From assembly GCA_037308085.1 (NCBI GenBank), contig CP147779.1, positions 2,254,895-2,318,894 of the forward strand: a stretch of 64,000 nucleotides of DNA. The letters run 5' to 3'. The DNA comes from Promethearchaeati archaeon SRVP18_Atabeyarchaeia-1 (GTDB lineage Archaea; Asgardarchaeota; Atabeyarchaeia; Atabeyarchaeales; Atabeyarchaeaceae). The translations under genes and the position numbers were made by a program. Below are positions 19,972-29,544 of this stretch, piece after piece (positions within the stretch are counted from its first letter, which is position 1; every line of letters starts with the position of its first letter). The notes beneath the pieces are model-generated. The model saw nothing but the letters and a program-made list of their open reading frames with translations. It was not told where the DNA came from and ran no database searches.

Positions 19972-20312
19972 CCTTTGCGTGAAATCTGTGACCGGATCTT
20001 TGTCGCATATCATCCTACGCTAAGGAGCAAACACTCAGTGAAACAGCTACCGACAGGTCACGCGCTGCGCGAAGTAGTGATGAACACGAAGCGAGAGACG
20101 CCCAGAGGAAACTAAACATTTAAATATGTCTTCCTGAAACTCATCATACCAATCATGCCTCACATGCCGTGAGGTATGTGCGCTCATCGAGTCTCTTCTC
20201 GCGCAAAGTCCGTGCCTCGCGCAGACGGAGTATCTAGCAATGTGATCGAGGAATGTTGCGCGGTAGGGACCGGTTGGGCGTTTAGGGCAAACTGGGTCGT
20301 GGTGAGAACCTC

Positions 20313-21287
20313 GTGAGGCTGTGGCAGTATATTGTCAGGCGGATACTCTACCTAATCCCGCTTTTCATAGGTATATCTATCGTAGTATTCATTCTGACAA
20401 GGCTCGCGGGTGACCCTGTTCAGCTAATGACACTGGGAAATCCCCGCATGACTGAAGAACAGAGGCAAATCATGAGGGCGTACTTCGGGCTTCTCGGCAA
20501 TCCCTTGGACCAGTACATCCATTGGTTCGTCAACTTTGTCCAGCTTAACTTTGGCTATTCCTTCTGGAACCATGTTAGCGTAAACACCATCATAGGTTGG
20601 TATTCTTGGAACACCATTGAATTGCAGCTAATTGCGCTCCTGTTCTCAATGATGATCGCTATACCCATCGGGATTATGTCAGCGAGGAAGCAGTACTCCA
20701 AGACGGACCAGGCTGTAACGACTACGGCGCTGCTGGGCGTCTCGGTTCCCGTGTTTGTTCTTGGCTTAGCAGGCATCATGCTATTCGCATTGACGCTCCG
20801 ATGGCTACCATGGGGCGGCGCCTTCACTGCAGCTCCAAATTCGCCGCTGTTTGGCAATATAGCAATCGACCATCTTATCCACTTAGTCATGCCAGCCTTG
20901 ATCCTAACTATGGCAGATCTCGCTACAATCGTCTTGCTTGTCAGATCATCCATGCTTGAAGTCCTGAGGCAGGACTACATAGTCGCCGCGCAGGCAAGCG
21001 GGCTGAGCGATAGGACTGTGATATACAAGCACGCCTTGCGCAATGTGATGATACCGGTTGTCACATACACCGGTTTGTACCTCGGAGGAATGCTAGCGGG
21101 CGCCCCGGTCACTGAAACCGTCTTCAACTGGCCGGGTCTAGGCAGGCTCTACGTTACGGCCGTCCAGAATCTCGACTTCCCGATAATCCAGGCAGTGACA
21201 ATGATTATTACGCTCATGGTCCTGTTTGCAAACCTTGCAACAGATATTCTTTATGCCTATATCGACCCAAGAATCAGGCTGGATTAG
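20313..21287 (+). CDS. ABC transporter permease (OppB/DppB-like)
   Basis: 324 aa. N-terminal 'YIVRRILYLIPLF' and 6 TM helices typical of OppB. Confidence 0.85.
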   Translation: MRLWQYIVRRILYLIPLFIGISIVVFILTRLAGDPVQLMTLGNPRMTEEQRQIMRAYFGLLGNPLDQYIHWFVNFVQLNFGYSFWNHVSVNTIIGWYSWNTIELQLIALLFSMMIAIPIGIMSARKQYSKTDQAVTTTALLGVSVPVFVLGLAGIMLFALTLRWLPWGGAFTAAPNSPLFGNIAIDHLIHLVMPALILTMADLATIVLLVRSSMLEVLRQDYIVAAQASGLSDRTVIYKHALRNVMIPVVTYTGLYLGGMLAGAPVTETVFNWPGLGRLYVTAVQNLDFPIIQAVTMIITLMVLFANLATDILYAYIDPRIRLD

Positions 21288-21314
21288 TAGTCATGTTTCC
21301 TTGGAATACTTGCA

Positions 21315-22319
21315 GTGAGGTCCCAGCACGGGCTATGGTTCGACCGCGTAACCAACTTAGAGGGAGAGATTGGAGAGTTGAGTGGTAAGAAACAATCGAG
21401 CGCTTCGCCGCAGAGCGCCAAGAAGAAAGCCAAAGCAGTCAGCATGTGGGGGCTTGCCTGGCAGAGGTTCAAGAGGAATAAGGTTGCGCTAGCTGGGCTG
21501 TTCGTAATTGGCTACATATTCTTCATGGCAATCTTTGCAGATTTCATAGCACCCTATAAACCAAACGATGTCATAGACATTCTCATCTCAGGACAGAATG
21601 GAAAAGGTCCGACCTGGGCGCATCCCTTCGGAACGACTCTTGGGGGTCAGGATGTATTCAGCGTGATCGTGTACGGAGCAAGATCGGCCTTACTCATTGG
21701 CTTCGGTGCGGCAGCCATCGCGATAGGTGTTGGAGTGCTTATCGGAATTGTCTCTGCCTACTATGGAGGGTGGGTCGACGAACTCCTGATGCGATTCACT
21801 GAGATCTTCCTAGTCATGCCCTTCCTTCTGATCATAATGGTTCTGATGAACGTCTTCAACAAGCTCTTTCCTTCCGGCGTTCCAGTGATTGGTGGGATTG
21901 GCCTCATCATACTAGTGATCGGCCTCTTCTCGTGGCCAGGAAACGCCAGGCTCATAAGGGGCGAGGTGCTGAGAGTAAGAGAATCAGAGTTCATCGCTGC
22001 CTCGAAGTGTCTGGGGGCCTCCGGCCGCCGCATACTATTTCGGCACATATTGCCCAACGTTCTCTACATAGTCCTCGTTTTGACTACGCTACAGATCGCT
22101 GGCGCCATCCTGACAGAGGCTGCGCTGAGCTTTCTGGGCTTTGGGGATCCCAATTCGACAACTTGGGGACAGTTGCTTACTGGTGCGACCGATGACTTGA
22201 CACGTGGGATATGGTGGACAACCGCCTTTCCAGGCTTGTTCCTTACGTTGCTAGTCTTGGGGTTCAACCTACTCGGAAACGGACTCAGAGATGCACTAGA
22301 TCCCAGACTAAGAGAGTAA
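21315..22319 (+). CDS. ABC transporter permease (OppC/DppC-like)
   Basis: 334 aa from a GTG start. An in-frame ATG at 21444 would give the usual OppC N-terminus 'MWGLAWQRFKRNKVALAG'. Confidence 0.85.
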   Translation: MRSQHGLWFDRVTNLEGEIGELSGKKQSSASPQSAKKKAKAVSMWGLAWQRFKRNKVALAGLFVIGYIFFMAIFADFIAPYKPNDVIDILISGQNGKGPTWAHPFGTTLGGQDVFSVIVYGARSALLIGFGAAAIAIGVGVLIGIVSAYYGGWVDELLMRFTEIFLVMPFLLIIMVLMNVFNKLFPSGVPVIGGIGLIILVIGLFSWPGNARLIRGEVLRVRESEFIAASKCLGASGRRILFRHILPNVLYIVLVLTTLQIAGAILTEAALSFLGFGDPNSTTWGQLLTGATDDLTRGIWWTTAFPGLFLTLLVLGFNLLGNGLRDALDPRLRE

Positions 22320-22371
22320 ACGATACAGTAGTTAGACGAGCGAACCTCAAACGTGGAGTGTAGAGTTAGTC

Positions 22372-23358
22372 ATGCTAATCCAAACCGACAACCTCAAGAC
22401 ATATTTCTACACCTGGGCAGGCGTTGTGAAAGCTGTAGATGGAATCACATTCAACATCGGCGAAAGTGAGACGCTAGGCTTTGTCGGCGAATCAGGCTCT
22501 GGGAAGACAGTGACAGCGCTCTCCATCATGCAATTAGTTCCTAGACCTGGCAAGATTATTGGCGGGAGGATCGACTTCAAAGGAAAAAACCTGCTCGAAT
22601 ACAACGAACGCCAAATGCAGCGCATCCGAGGGAAGGAGATAGGCTACATATTTCAGGATCCATCTACGTCGCTAAACCCAGTTTTCTCCATCGCCAACCA
22701 ATTCGTGGAAGTCATAGTGAAACACCAGCAAGTTAGCAAGAAGGAAGCACTGCATCGGGCAATTGAGCTGCTGAAACTCGTGGAGATACCTGACCCGGAC
22801 AAAAGGATCTGGAACTATCCACACCAGCTGAGCGGCGGTATGAAGCAGAGGGTTGCGGTTGCCAGGGCACTCTCATGCAATCCAAGCCTTCTTCTGGCGG
22901 ACGAGCCCACGACCGCCCTCGACGTTACAATACAGGCACAGATACTGGATCTCATGAAGAGACTTCAGCAGAAGCTGGGAATGTCCATTCTTCTTATTAC
23001 CCACGACATGGGAGTTGTGGCTGAGACAACCAAGCGCATAGTTGTGCTCTACGCTGGGCGAGTCTGTGAGGCATCAGATACCGTATCAATATTCAAGAAG
23101 CCGATGCACCCATACACTGTGGCTTTGCTGACCTCCGTACCACACTTAGGTCTCAAGGTTGAGAAACTCGAAGCTATACCTGGAAACATACCGAATCTCA
23201 TAGACCCACCGTCAGGCTGCAGATTCCACCCCAGATGTAAGTACGCTGTGCGCAAATGTTCTCAGGAGGTTCCTGAAGCGGTGGAGATCGAGAAGGGTCA
23301 TTTCTCCGCGTGCCTGCGCGTCCAAGACAACGAGATTTCCTTGGAGAGCCCATTGTAG
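22372..23358 (+). CDS. ABC transporter ATP-binding protein (OppD/DppD-like)
   Basis: 328 aa. Walker A 'GESGSGKT', signature 'LSGGMKQR', Walker B 'LLADEPTTALD'. C-terminal oligopeptide-type extension with a CxxC pair. Confidence 0.9.
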   Translation: MLIQTDNLKTYFYTWAGVVKAVDGITFNIGESETLGFVGESGSGKTVTALSIMQLVPRPGKIIGGRIDFKGKNLLEYNERQMQRIRGKEIGYIFQDPSTSLNPVFSIANQFVEVIVKHQQVSKKEALHRAIELLKLVEIPDPDKRIWNYPHQLSGGMKQRVAVARALSCNPSLLLADEPTTALDVTIQAQILDLMKRLQQKLGMSILLITHDMGVVAETTKRIVVLYAGRVCEASDTVSIFKKPMHPYTVALLTSVPHLGLKVEKLEAIPGNIPNLIDPPSGCRFHPRCKYAVRKCSQEVPEAVEIEKGHFSACLRVQDNEISLESPL

Positions 23359-23370
23359 GAGGATGGAAAC

Positions 23371-24441
23371 GTGGTCTCACCAGTTGAGTCAACAGAAAAG
23401 TCGTCAGACATGTCCTCAGACAACGTGATACTGAATGTTACCAGTCTACTGAAGTACTATCCAGTCTGGTCGAGAGGCATAATCCTCAAGAGAAGAGTAG
23501 GGAATGTCCACGCTGTCGACAACGTCAGTTTCTCAGTGAAAAAGGGTGAGACATTCGGCCTCGTTGGCGAGAGCGGGTGCGGCAAGACCACGACCGCGAA
23601 ACTTATTCTCCATCTCGAATATCCGGACATGGGTGAGGTCTACTTCGAGGGGAAGAACGTAACCCAGACGATGCTTAAGGGAACTACGGCTGACAGATTA
23701 GCGCTGAGACGAAGAATGCAATACGTGTTCCAGAATCCCTATGCGTCCCTCGATCCTAGGATGACAGTGGCAGACATCATACTTGAACCCATGAGTATTC
23801 ACCACCATCTACCCATGGCAAAGTGGAAGGATAGATTATTCGAGCTAATTCACCTCGTCGGACTGGAAGACTACCACGTTGAGAGGTACCCACACGAGTT
23901 TAGTGGAGGCCAGAGACAGCGAATATGCATCGCTCGTGCACTAGCTGTCGAACCCGATCTCATTGTAACCGATGAACCCGTAGCTTCACTGGATGTCTCT
24001 ATCAGGGCTCAAGTTCTCAATCTACTAGAAGACCTTCAGAACAAGTTTGGTCTCACTTATGTTTACATCTCGCACGACTTGAGCACCGTTCGACACGTCA
24101 GCGACAGAGTCGCGGTAATGTACCTTGGCAAGTTTGTTGAGCTTGCTGACGTCACCGCGCTTTACTCTGAGCCACTTCACCCATACACAGAAGCACTAAT
24201 GTCAGCTATTCCGGTTCCAGATCCAACTGGCAAGAGTAAGGAGAAGCGAATAATCCTGCGTGGCGAGGTTCCAAGCCCGATAAACCCGCCTGTAGGATGC
24301 AGATTCCACCCGAGATGCAACTACGCGATGGACATCTGCAGGAAAGCTGAGCCCGCACTTGAAGAGGTGAAGACGGATCACTTCGTAGCATGCTTCTTGC
24401 ACCACAAGACGAAGGCAAAACCGGTGATCTACGCCAAGTAG
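23371..24441 (+). CDS. ABC transporter ATP-binding protein (OppF/DppF-like)
   Basis: 356 aa. 'GESGCGKTT', 'FSGGQRQR', 'IVTDEPVASLD'. Confidence 0.9.
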   Translation: MVSPVESTEKSSDMSSDNVILNVTSLLKYYPVWSRGIILKRRVGNVHAVDNVSFSVKKGETFGLVGESGCGKTTTAKLILHLEYPDMGEVYFEGKNVTQTMLKGTTADRLALRRRMQYVFQNPYASLDPRMTVADIILEPMSIHHHLPMAKWKDRLFELIHLVGLEDYHVERYPHEFSGGQRQRICIARALAVEPDLIVTDEPVASLDVSIRAQVLNLLEDLQNKFGLTYVYISHDLSTVRHVSDRVAVMYLGKFVELADVTALYSEPLHPYTEALMSAIPVPDPTGKSKEKRIILRGEVPSPINPPVGCRFHPRCNYAMDICRKAEPALEEVKTDHFVACFLHHKTKAKPVIYAK

Positions 24442-24457
24442 CTCTGCATCCCACTCC

Positions 24458-25456
24458 TTGTTTTGTTTCCTGGTTCAAGCCTCAGCAATTGAGGAACTGG
24501 CTGGTACAGAATTCCTTGTACTTGCCCTGATCGGAATACGCACACTTCTTCCGGCTGCACCTGATAGGATTATCTTTATATGCCGTAGACCATCATGTTT
24601 CGTCTACCTGAGTTGTTGCGTCTCTTGCAGCGGAAGATTCCCATTGGGACGGGGGATGGCTCATCGATTGCCGGAGGTCCATGCAAGTCAACTCGCAGTG
24701 AGTTCTTCAGGCTTCTTTCCAACTTTAATCGTCTTTTGTCTGGTAATCATCATCCTAATGGCAATCTTCAGGGCTAGAACGGCGAGCAGAATTCGCCGAT
24801 TGAGGCAAGCACGCTCTCCCAGTCAAAATAGCGCTTCCTCCGGCTTAGAGGCGACCAGAAGAAGCAGCGACGTACGCGCTTTCATCTATGCGCTCAGAAA
24901 CCCAGATTGGGAGGCAAGAAGTGCAGCTGCCTTGGCCTTGGGCATCTACGGCGATCAATCAGTGGTTCACGTCCTTGTCAACACGTTGCTCACAGACAAG
25001 AACGAGGCAGTTAGGGAGAACGCCGCTCAGTCGCTTAATCGCATCGACCCCGTAAATGCAGTTGACCCTCTAATCAAGGTGATCATGGAGTATGTGCGAG
25101 GTGCGGAAGAATGCACAAAGCTTGCTGTAACTTCGGCTCACATTCTTGGTGAGTCAAATAGCCCCAATGCCCTGAATTGCCTCAGAAATCTGCGCGAATT
25201 TCTCGACAAGAAGGGTCTCCAACCAGAATCAGAGGGGGTTGCAGCCGCGGTCAACAAGATCCAATCAAGTACGCAAGTGGCTGGCAAGAAATGCTGTGTA
25301 TGTAATCTTCCCTTCAGGAAGGGTGACCGTGTGGTTCGCTGCCCCGCCTGTGGAAACGTCGCGCATAGGGGTCATATGCTTGAATGGCTACATGTGAGGG
25401 GTTCTTGCCCAGTTTGTCAAGCTAGGGTCCAAGCATCGGCACTCCAAGAATCATAG
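24458..25456 (+). CDS. membrane-anchored HEAT-repeat (PBS-lyase-like) protein with C-terminal RING-like zinc finger
   Basis: Probable real start at ATG 24656 ('MAHRLPEV'), followed by a TM helix 'FFPTLIVFCLVIIILMAIF'. HEAT-like repeats 'ARSAAALALGIYGD...AVRENAAQSLNRID'. C-terminal 'CCVCNLPFRKGDRVVRCPACGNVAHRGHMLEWLHVRGSCPVCQ' (C4H2C2 ligand set, RING-H2-like). Confidence 0.6.
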   Translation: MFCFLVQASAIEELAGTEFLVLALIGIRTLLPAAPDRIIFICRRPSCFVYLSCCVSCSGRFPLGRGMAHRLPEVHASQLAVSSSGFFPTLIVFCLVIIILMAIFRARTASRIRRLRQARSPSQNSASSGLEATRRSSDVRAFIYALRNPDWEARSAAALALGIYGDQSVVHVLVNTLLTDKNEAVRENAAQSLNRIDPVNAVDPLIKVIMEYVRGAEECTKLAVTSAHILGESNSPNALNCLRNLREFLDKKGLQPESEGVAAAVNKIQSSTQVAGKKCCVCNLPFRKGDRVVRCPACGNVAHRGHMLEWLHVRGSCPVCQARVQASALQES

Positions 25457-25584
25457 CAGGAAACGAAGATTGAGCACGAAGGCGCCTATCACACCTACGC
25501 CTATCCTGAACAAGGAGCCGACTTGCGACTGCACTGTGGGCGGTCATGCTTAGCGTATTCTTGATCAAGTGCCGATTAAGCTGC

Positions 25585-25854
25585 TTATTCGACGCGCAAG
25601 TCTTTGAGTACGATGTGTGTGTTCGTCTCTTCTATTCCTTTTATCGGGTCAAGCTTGTCCAGTACTATATCGTGGAGTTCCTCCATTCTGCTGGCTTCAA
25701 CTTCCAGCAGGATGTCGTATTCCCCCGTTATTGTGGCAAACCTATGAACAAGTTTTATCCTCTCAATCTGGGATAGGACCGTCTTTAGCATTCTGGGCGT
25801 AACTTTGATGAGAATCACTGCGCGGATGGCCATCCTGCACGAACCTCCTTTCAT
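25585..25854 (-). CDS. stand-alone Lrp/AsnC C-terminal (RAM) ligand-binding domain protein
   Basis: ORF 89 aa (likely start 25833, 'MAIRAVILIKV'). 'ITGEYDILLEVEASRMEELHDIV...GIEETNTHIVL' matches the AsnC-type RAM domain. No HTH is present. Confidence 0.6.
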   Translation of the reverse strand: MKGGSCRMAIRAVILIKVTPRMLKTVLSQIERIKLVHRFATITGEYDILLEVEASRMEELHDIVLDKLDPIKGIEETNTHIVLKDLRVE

Positions 25855-25955
25855 GGCTGCACATTCTTCTATTTGACCGTAATGGGGCCATGGTCTTTTA
25901 TCCTATTTCCATTAAATGTGGCACTAAGCCAGTCTGGTTAGTCTTTGTTTATCCT

Positions 25956-27281
25956 TCATTTCCTCTTTGGCGTCCTAATCTTCTGCACGAGCTCAACATC
26001 CACGTTTCTGACCCCGTCAATTGCCCTGATCTTCTGTGATACCAAGAGATAGAGGTGGTTCAGGTTGCTCGTTACCGCCTCAGCATAGATGTCACTCTCT
26101 TTTCCAGTTATCGCGTGGATCTCTTGTAGCTCCCGGATTCCCTTCAACTGTGAATACACTTTGCTCTTCTTGGCCAAATCGATCTCCAAGAATATGAATC
26201 CCACAACCTTGTTGGTGACTTCGTGGAAGTACCTCATGGCGATCGAAGTGACCAGGAATACCGTCGCTATCAGGATATAGTCCATGCGGACTAATTCGCC
26301 CAAGATGAGTATGCCGACGTATGCTGCAACCAGTGGCGTTATCAGCCCGAGGATCGATGACCACTGGTCGAAAGTCAGAGCTTCTTTTGGCCAGAAAGCC
26401 TGAGCCGCGTACAAGAGAAAGTAAGGCACGAATGTCAACCCGAAGGAGAGGACTAGAATGTCCATGTTTAGCGATGCGGAGAAGAGATTGCTTGAAAGAT
26501 CATCGAAAAACCTGTTGCACTGGCTTACGAGCTCAGGTTCCTGGCTAAAGAGAGGGAGACCAAGTACCAGCGGAAAGATCATCAAGCCTGAGAACATGAA
26601 GGTTACTCCAAGTTTGAGCGTCGATCTTGCCATCCTGTAGTTCCCAACGGAGAAGCGCACGGCTTCCGTCTCCTTCCTCGAAGGAGTGTCCTTGGCAATC
26701 AACGCGATATAGGCCGTCCAGAAAACGGCGCAGATTGCCACAAACAGAAAGCCGATCGATTTTACCGCGGCGTCGGCCTCCACACGTGCAAGTGAGATGA
26801 CAAGGACCGCGAGAACCAACAATGTCATGTAGATTAGTTTAAGAATGTCTATCTTTTCAGTTCCCTTGGCCCAGTTCCAGAAGGCTAGCAGCACGGGTGT
26901 GATGGACTCGCTGACCATTGTTGCAATTACAACCCCGACAAGGTTGTAGCTGAAGAAGAACAGGGTGAGGCTGACGGAGAGCATGAAGGCCACAATCACT
27001 AGCGAAAGGAGCTGAGGAACATTTCTTCTTCCGTAGGCTCGGTTTGTGGAAGTCAGATATGCCCCTATTCCCTTCACTTCTGGAGAACGTATCCTCAGCA
27101 CACCAACCAGGAGAAAACATGCAAGCGATGTGTAGAAGAACCTGAAGAGCAGCATCGTGAAGAGGCTGTAGCTCTTCATTGCTTCTACGGCTGGAATCGG
27201 GATTAGTCCCCATAACAGGTTCGTGATTACCACGGCGAAAAGCATTCTACCTAGCGGCATTTCTCCGTCCCCTATTGTCAC
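25956..27281 (-). CDS. DMT-superfamily (EamA-like) membrane transporter fused to a C-terminal RAM (AsnC-type) ligand-binding domain
   Basis: 441 aa. About 10 TM helices, then a soluble C-terminus 'IFLEIDLAKKSKVYSQLKGIRELQEIHAITGKESDIYAEAVTSNLNHLYLLVSQKIRAIDGVRNVDVELV' with the RAM-domain pattern. Confidence 0.5.
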   Translation of the reverse strand: MTIGDGEMPLGRMLFAVVITNLLWGLIPIPAVEAMKSYSLFTMLLFRFFYTSLACFLLVGVLRIRSPEVKGIGAYLTSTNRAYGRRNVPQLLSLVIVAFMLSVSLTLFFFSYNLVGVVIATMVSESITPVLLAFWNWAKGTEKIDILKLIYMTLLVLAVLVISLARVEADAAVKSIGFLFVAICAVFWTAYIALIAKDTPSRKETEAVRFSVGNYRMARSTLKLGVTFMFSGLMIFPLVLGLPLFSQEPELVSQCNRFFDDLSSNLFSASLNMDILVLSFGLTFVPYFLLYAAQAFWPKEALTFDQWSSILGLITPLVAAYVGILILGELVRMDYILIATVFLVTSIAMRYFHEVTNKVVGFIFLEIDLAKKSKVYSQLKGIRELQEIHAITGKESDIYAEAVTSNLNHLYLLVSQKIRAIDGVRNVDVELVQKIRTPKRK

Positions 27282-27345
27282 GCACTGGCTGTAAGTCTAC
27301 TCGCAGGCGGTAGACTCTGCTCACCAACATGGACCGGTCGATCCA

Positions 27346-29139
27346 TTACTGCTTCTCTGATCCATATTTCTTCATAAAGTCCGATCTGGTAATAACTCCG
27401 AGAAACCTCTCTTTTCTGTTTTTCTCAACAACGGGCATTATGTCGGAGCCGTACCTGCGCATCTTCTTCAAAACCTGATCCAATGTCTCATCGGGAGTGA
27501 CCGAACCCATAGTTCTCACCAGACCTTTCGCATACGTCCTCTCGGTGGCGTCTGGTGGCACGCGGATAGCCTCCACGTAGTTCACCACGCCAAGGAGCTG
27601 TCCGCTCTCCACGACTGGAAGCGCGCTATGCCCACTTGAATTCAACATATGAATGACTTTGCTGACAGCGGTATCTGGAGATACGCTGACGAAATTCTTG
27701 CTCATTACATCCTTGACCTGGATCTCACCGAGGACTTCCGGTCTCGGCTGCTCAGCCAGTTGGTCTAGTCGTATTCCTCTGCGCTCCAATGCGAGCGTGT
27801 TGATTGTGGAGCCACCAAGAAGTTTCCTAGCAGTGATATGCGCGAGCGAGCAAGATAATGTTAGAGGTAGGAGCAAATAGAATATTGTTGGGCTTGAACT
27901 CATGTACATCTCTGGGATAATGAGAATAGAAGCGATTGGCGTGCCATAGGCACCAGCTAACAACGCCGCAGCACCAACGGAAGCCAAAGCAAAAGGCGCA
28001 GGAACAAGGCTGGGCGCCAACTCGCTGAGGGTAAGACCCACAGCTCCGCCGAACATGCTCCCAACATATAGTGATGGTACCAGTAGACCGCCGCTTGCAC
28101 CTGAGCCGAGCGTAAATGATGTGCACAGCATTTTGACGACGCCCAGCAAAAGAGCAAAGGCAATTGGGATCCCGCCAGCCAGTAGAAGCACTATCCCCTC
28201 GTAGCCAACTCCATAGATTCCGTATCCAGTCTCGTCGCCCGCAGAGATGGATTGCATGAAGAAAGGCATTCCAACTAGACCTGTTAGCAGACCGCCAGCG
28301 GCGATCTTTAAGACTTTGTGAACTGATCTACCCTTCTCAAATAGCCCTTCTACGAGATAGAAGTATCTGACCCATATCGCCGAGAGAACTCCAAAGGTCA
28401 GCCCAAAAGCCGCGTACAGTAGAAGCTCAGCCGGCGCAGGGGAGGCGAAGCTTAGCGCTGGGAATGAGATGAAACTCGAGGGGAGTAATCCAGCAACCGC
28501 GGTTCCCAAGACGCAAGCAAGCAGAACTGGAATCGAGTCGGAGAGCCTGTATCTTCTAAGAAGCACCTCTATCGCGAAGATGGCCCCGCCGAGGGGGGCA
28601 TTAAAAGTCGCCGCAATGCCTGAAGCGAGTCCACAGACAACGAGCAACTCCACATCCCTATCGGAAAGTCTGAGGGCTTGACCCGCTGTGGAGCCCAAGC
28701 TGGCGCCAATCTGAGCGATGGGTCCTTCCCTTCCTGCGCTGCCCCCGGATCCTATGGTGATGGATGAAACTATGCTGGTAACCGGAGCGACGCGGTATCT
28801 CATCCGTCCCCCACTGAATGACATGCTCTCCATGACTTGTGGGATACCATGTCCTTTTGACTCACGTGTGAGTCTCGTTGTGATTAGGGCGGCCACTGAT
28901 GCCCCGAGCGCCGGTAGGATAATTACGGCAAGGTTGTACCCATAGACTTGCAGGGAAATCCTGGGTAGCAACGTGTCAAAGAAGAGGAGGCTGTTTAGGT
29001 TGATCAGTAGTTTGAAGACAACGGCAGCGATGCCGCTAGACAGCCCGACGAGCACAGCTATTAGATTTATCACGAGCCCGTGTGAGCGCATGAATCTCCT
29101 GGGAGCTTGAGGCAATTTACGAGGTGCTGATTTTTCCAT
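27346..29139 (-). CDS. ClC-family chloride channel / H+-Cl- antiporter with C-terminal CBS pair
   Basis: 597 aa. 'GSGGSAGREGP' (GREGP selectivity motif) and 'GASGGLLVPSLYVG'. C-terminal CBS domains ('KDVMSKNFVSVSPDT', 'GVITRSDFMK'). Confidence 0.85.
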   Translation of the reverse strand: MEKSAPRKLPQAPRRFMRSHGLVINLIAVLVGLSSGIAAVVFKLLINLNSLLFFDTLLPRISLQVYGYNLAVIILPALGASVAALITTRLTRESKGHGIPQVMESMSFSGGRMRYRVAPVTSIVSSITIGSGGSAGREGPIAQIGASLGSTAGQALRLSDRDVELLVVCGLASGIAATFNAPLGGAIFAIEVLLRRYRLSDSIPVLLACVLGTAVAGLLPSSFISFPALSFASPAPAELLLYAAFGLTFGVLSAIWVRYFYLVEGLFEKGRSVHKVLKIAAGGLLTGLVGMPFFMQSISAGDETGYGIYGVGYEGIVLLLAGGIPIAFALLLGVVKMLCTSFTLGSGASGGLLVPSLYVGSMFGGAVGLTLSELAPSLVPAPFALASVGAAALLAGAYGTPIASILIIPEMYMSSSPTIFYLLLPLTLSCSLAHITARKLLGGSTINTLALERRGIRLDQLAEQPRPEVLGEIQVKDVMSKNFVSVSPDTAVSKVIHMLNSSGHSALPVVESGQLLGVVNYVEAIRVPPDATERTYAKGLVRTMGSVTPDETLDQVLKKMRRYGSDIMPVVEKNRKERFLGVITRSDFMKKYGSEKQ

Positions 29140-29544
29140 ATCATTTATCGCCTTGCTTGGAGAATAACAAGAGAGGAGACAGGGGCTTCCGCCGCTACCA
29201 TCTGATCATACTCAAAATGTACCTTAGCGGGATCTTGTGCTCACATGCGCAGAGCCCGTGAGACCATTTCAAAACTTTTCATGTCGAGAAATCTCTCCTG
29301 TTTCTCCTCTTATAGAGTTTACGCAAATATGGTAGCAGGAGGTAGGAAGACTATACAGAGAACATGTTTTCCAACTCTATTTCGGAGGTCTCTCGGATTG
29401 AGGTGGGCTAGCTCACCTCTGGCAAGCCCCATAGCTCAGCTGTGCACAGGAAAGCTCAGATGATCCGTTAACCATCTACGATCATGTTTGCCCGGTTGGA
29501 AATGTCGAAAAGCTTATGTAACCCTCTCCTTTACGCACTACACT

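Noticed and set aside
29421-29470. tRNA-like start 'gccccatagctcagctg'
   Set aside because: After the acceptor/D-stem-like start there is no GG..AGAGC D-loop, no anticodon stem or T-loop GTTC..A consensus, and no 3' acceptor complement. Judged a chance match inside the ClC/ABC intergenic region.
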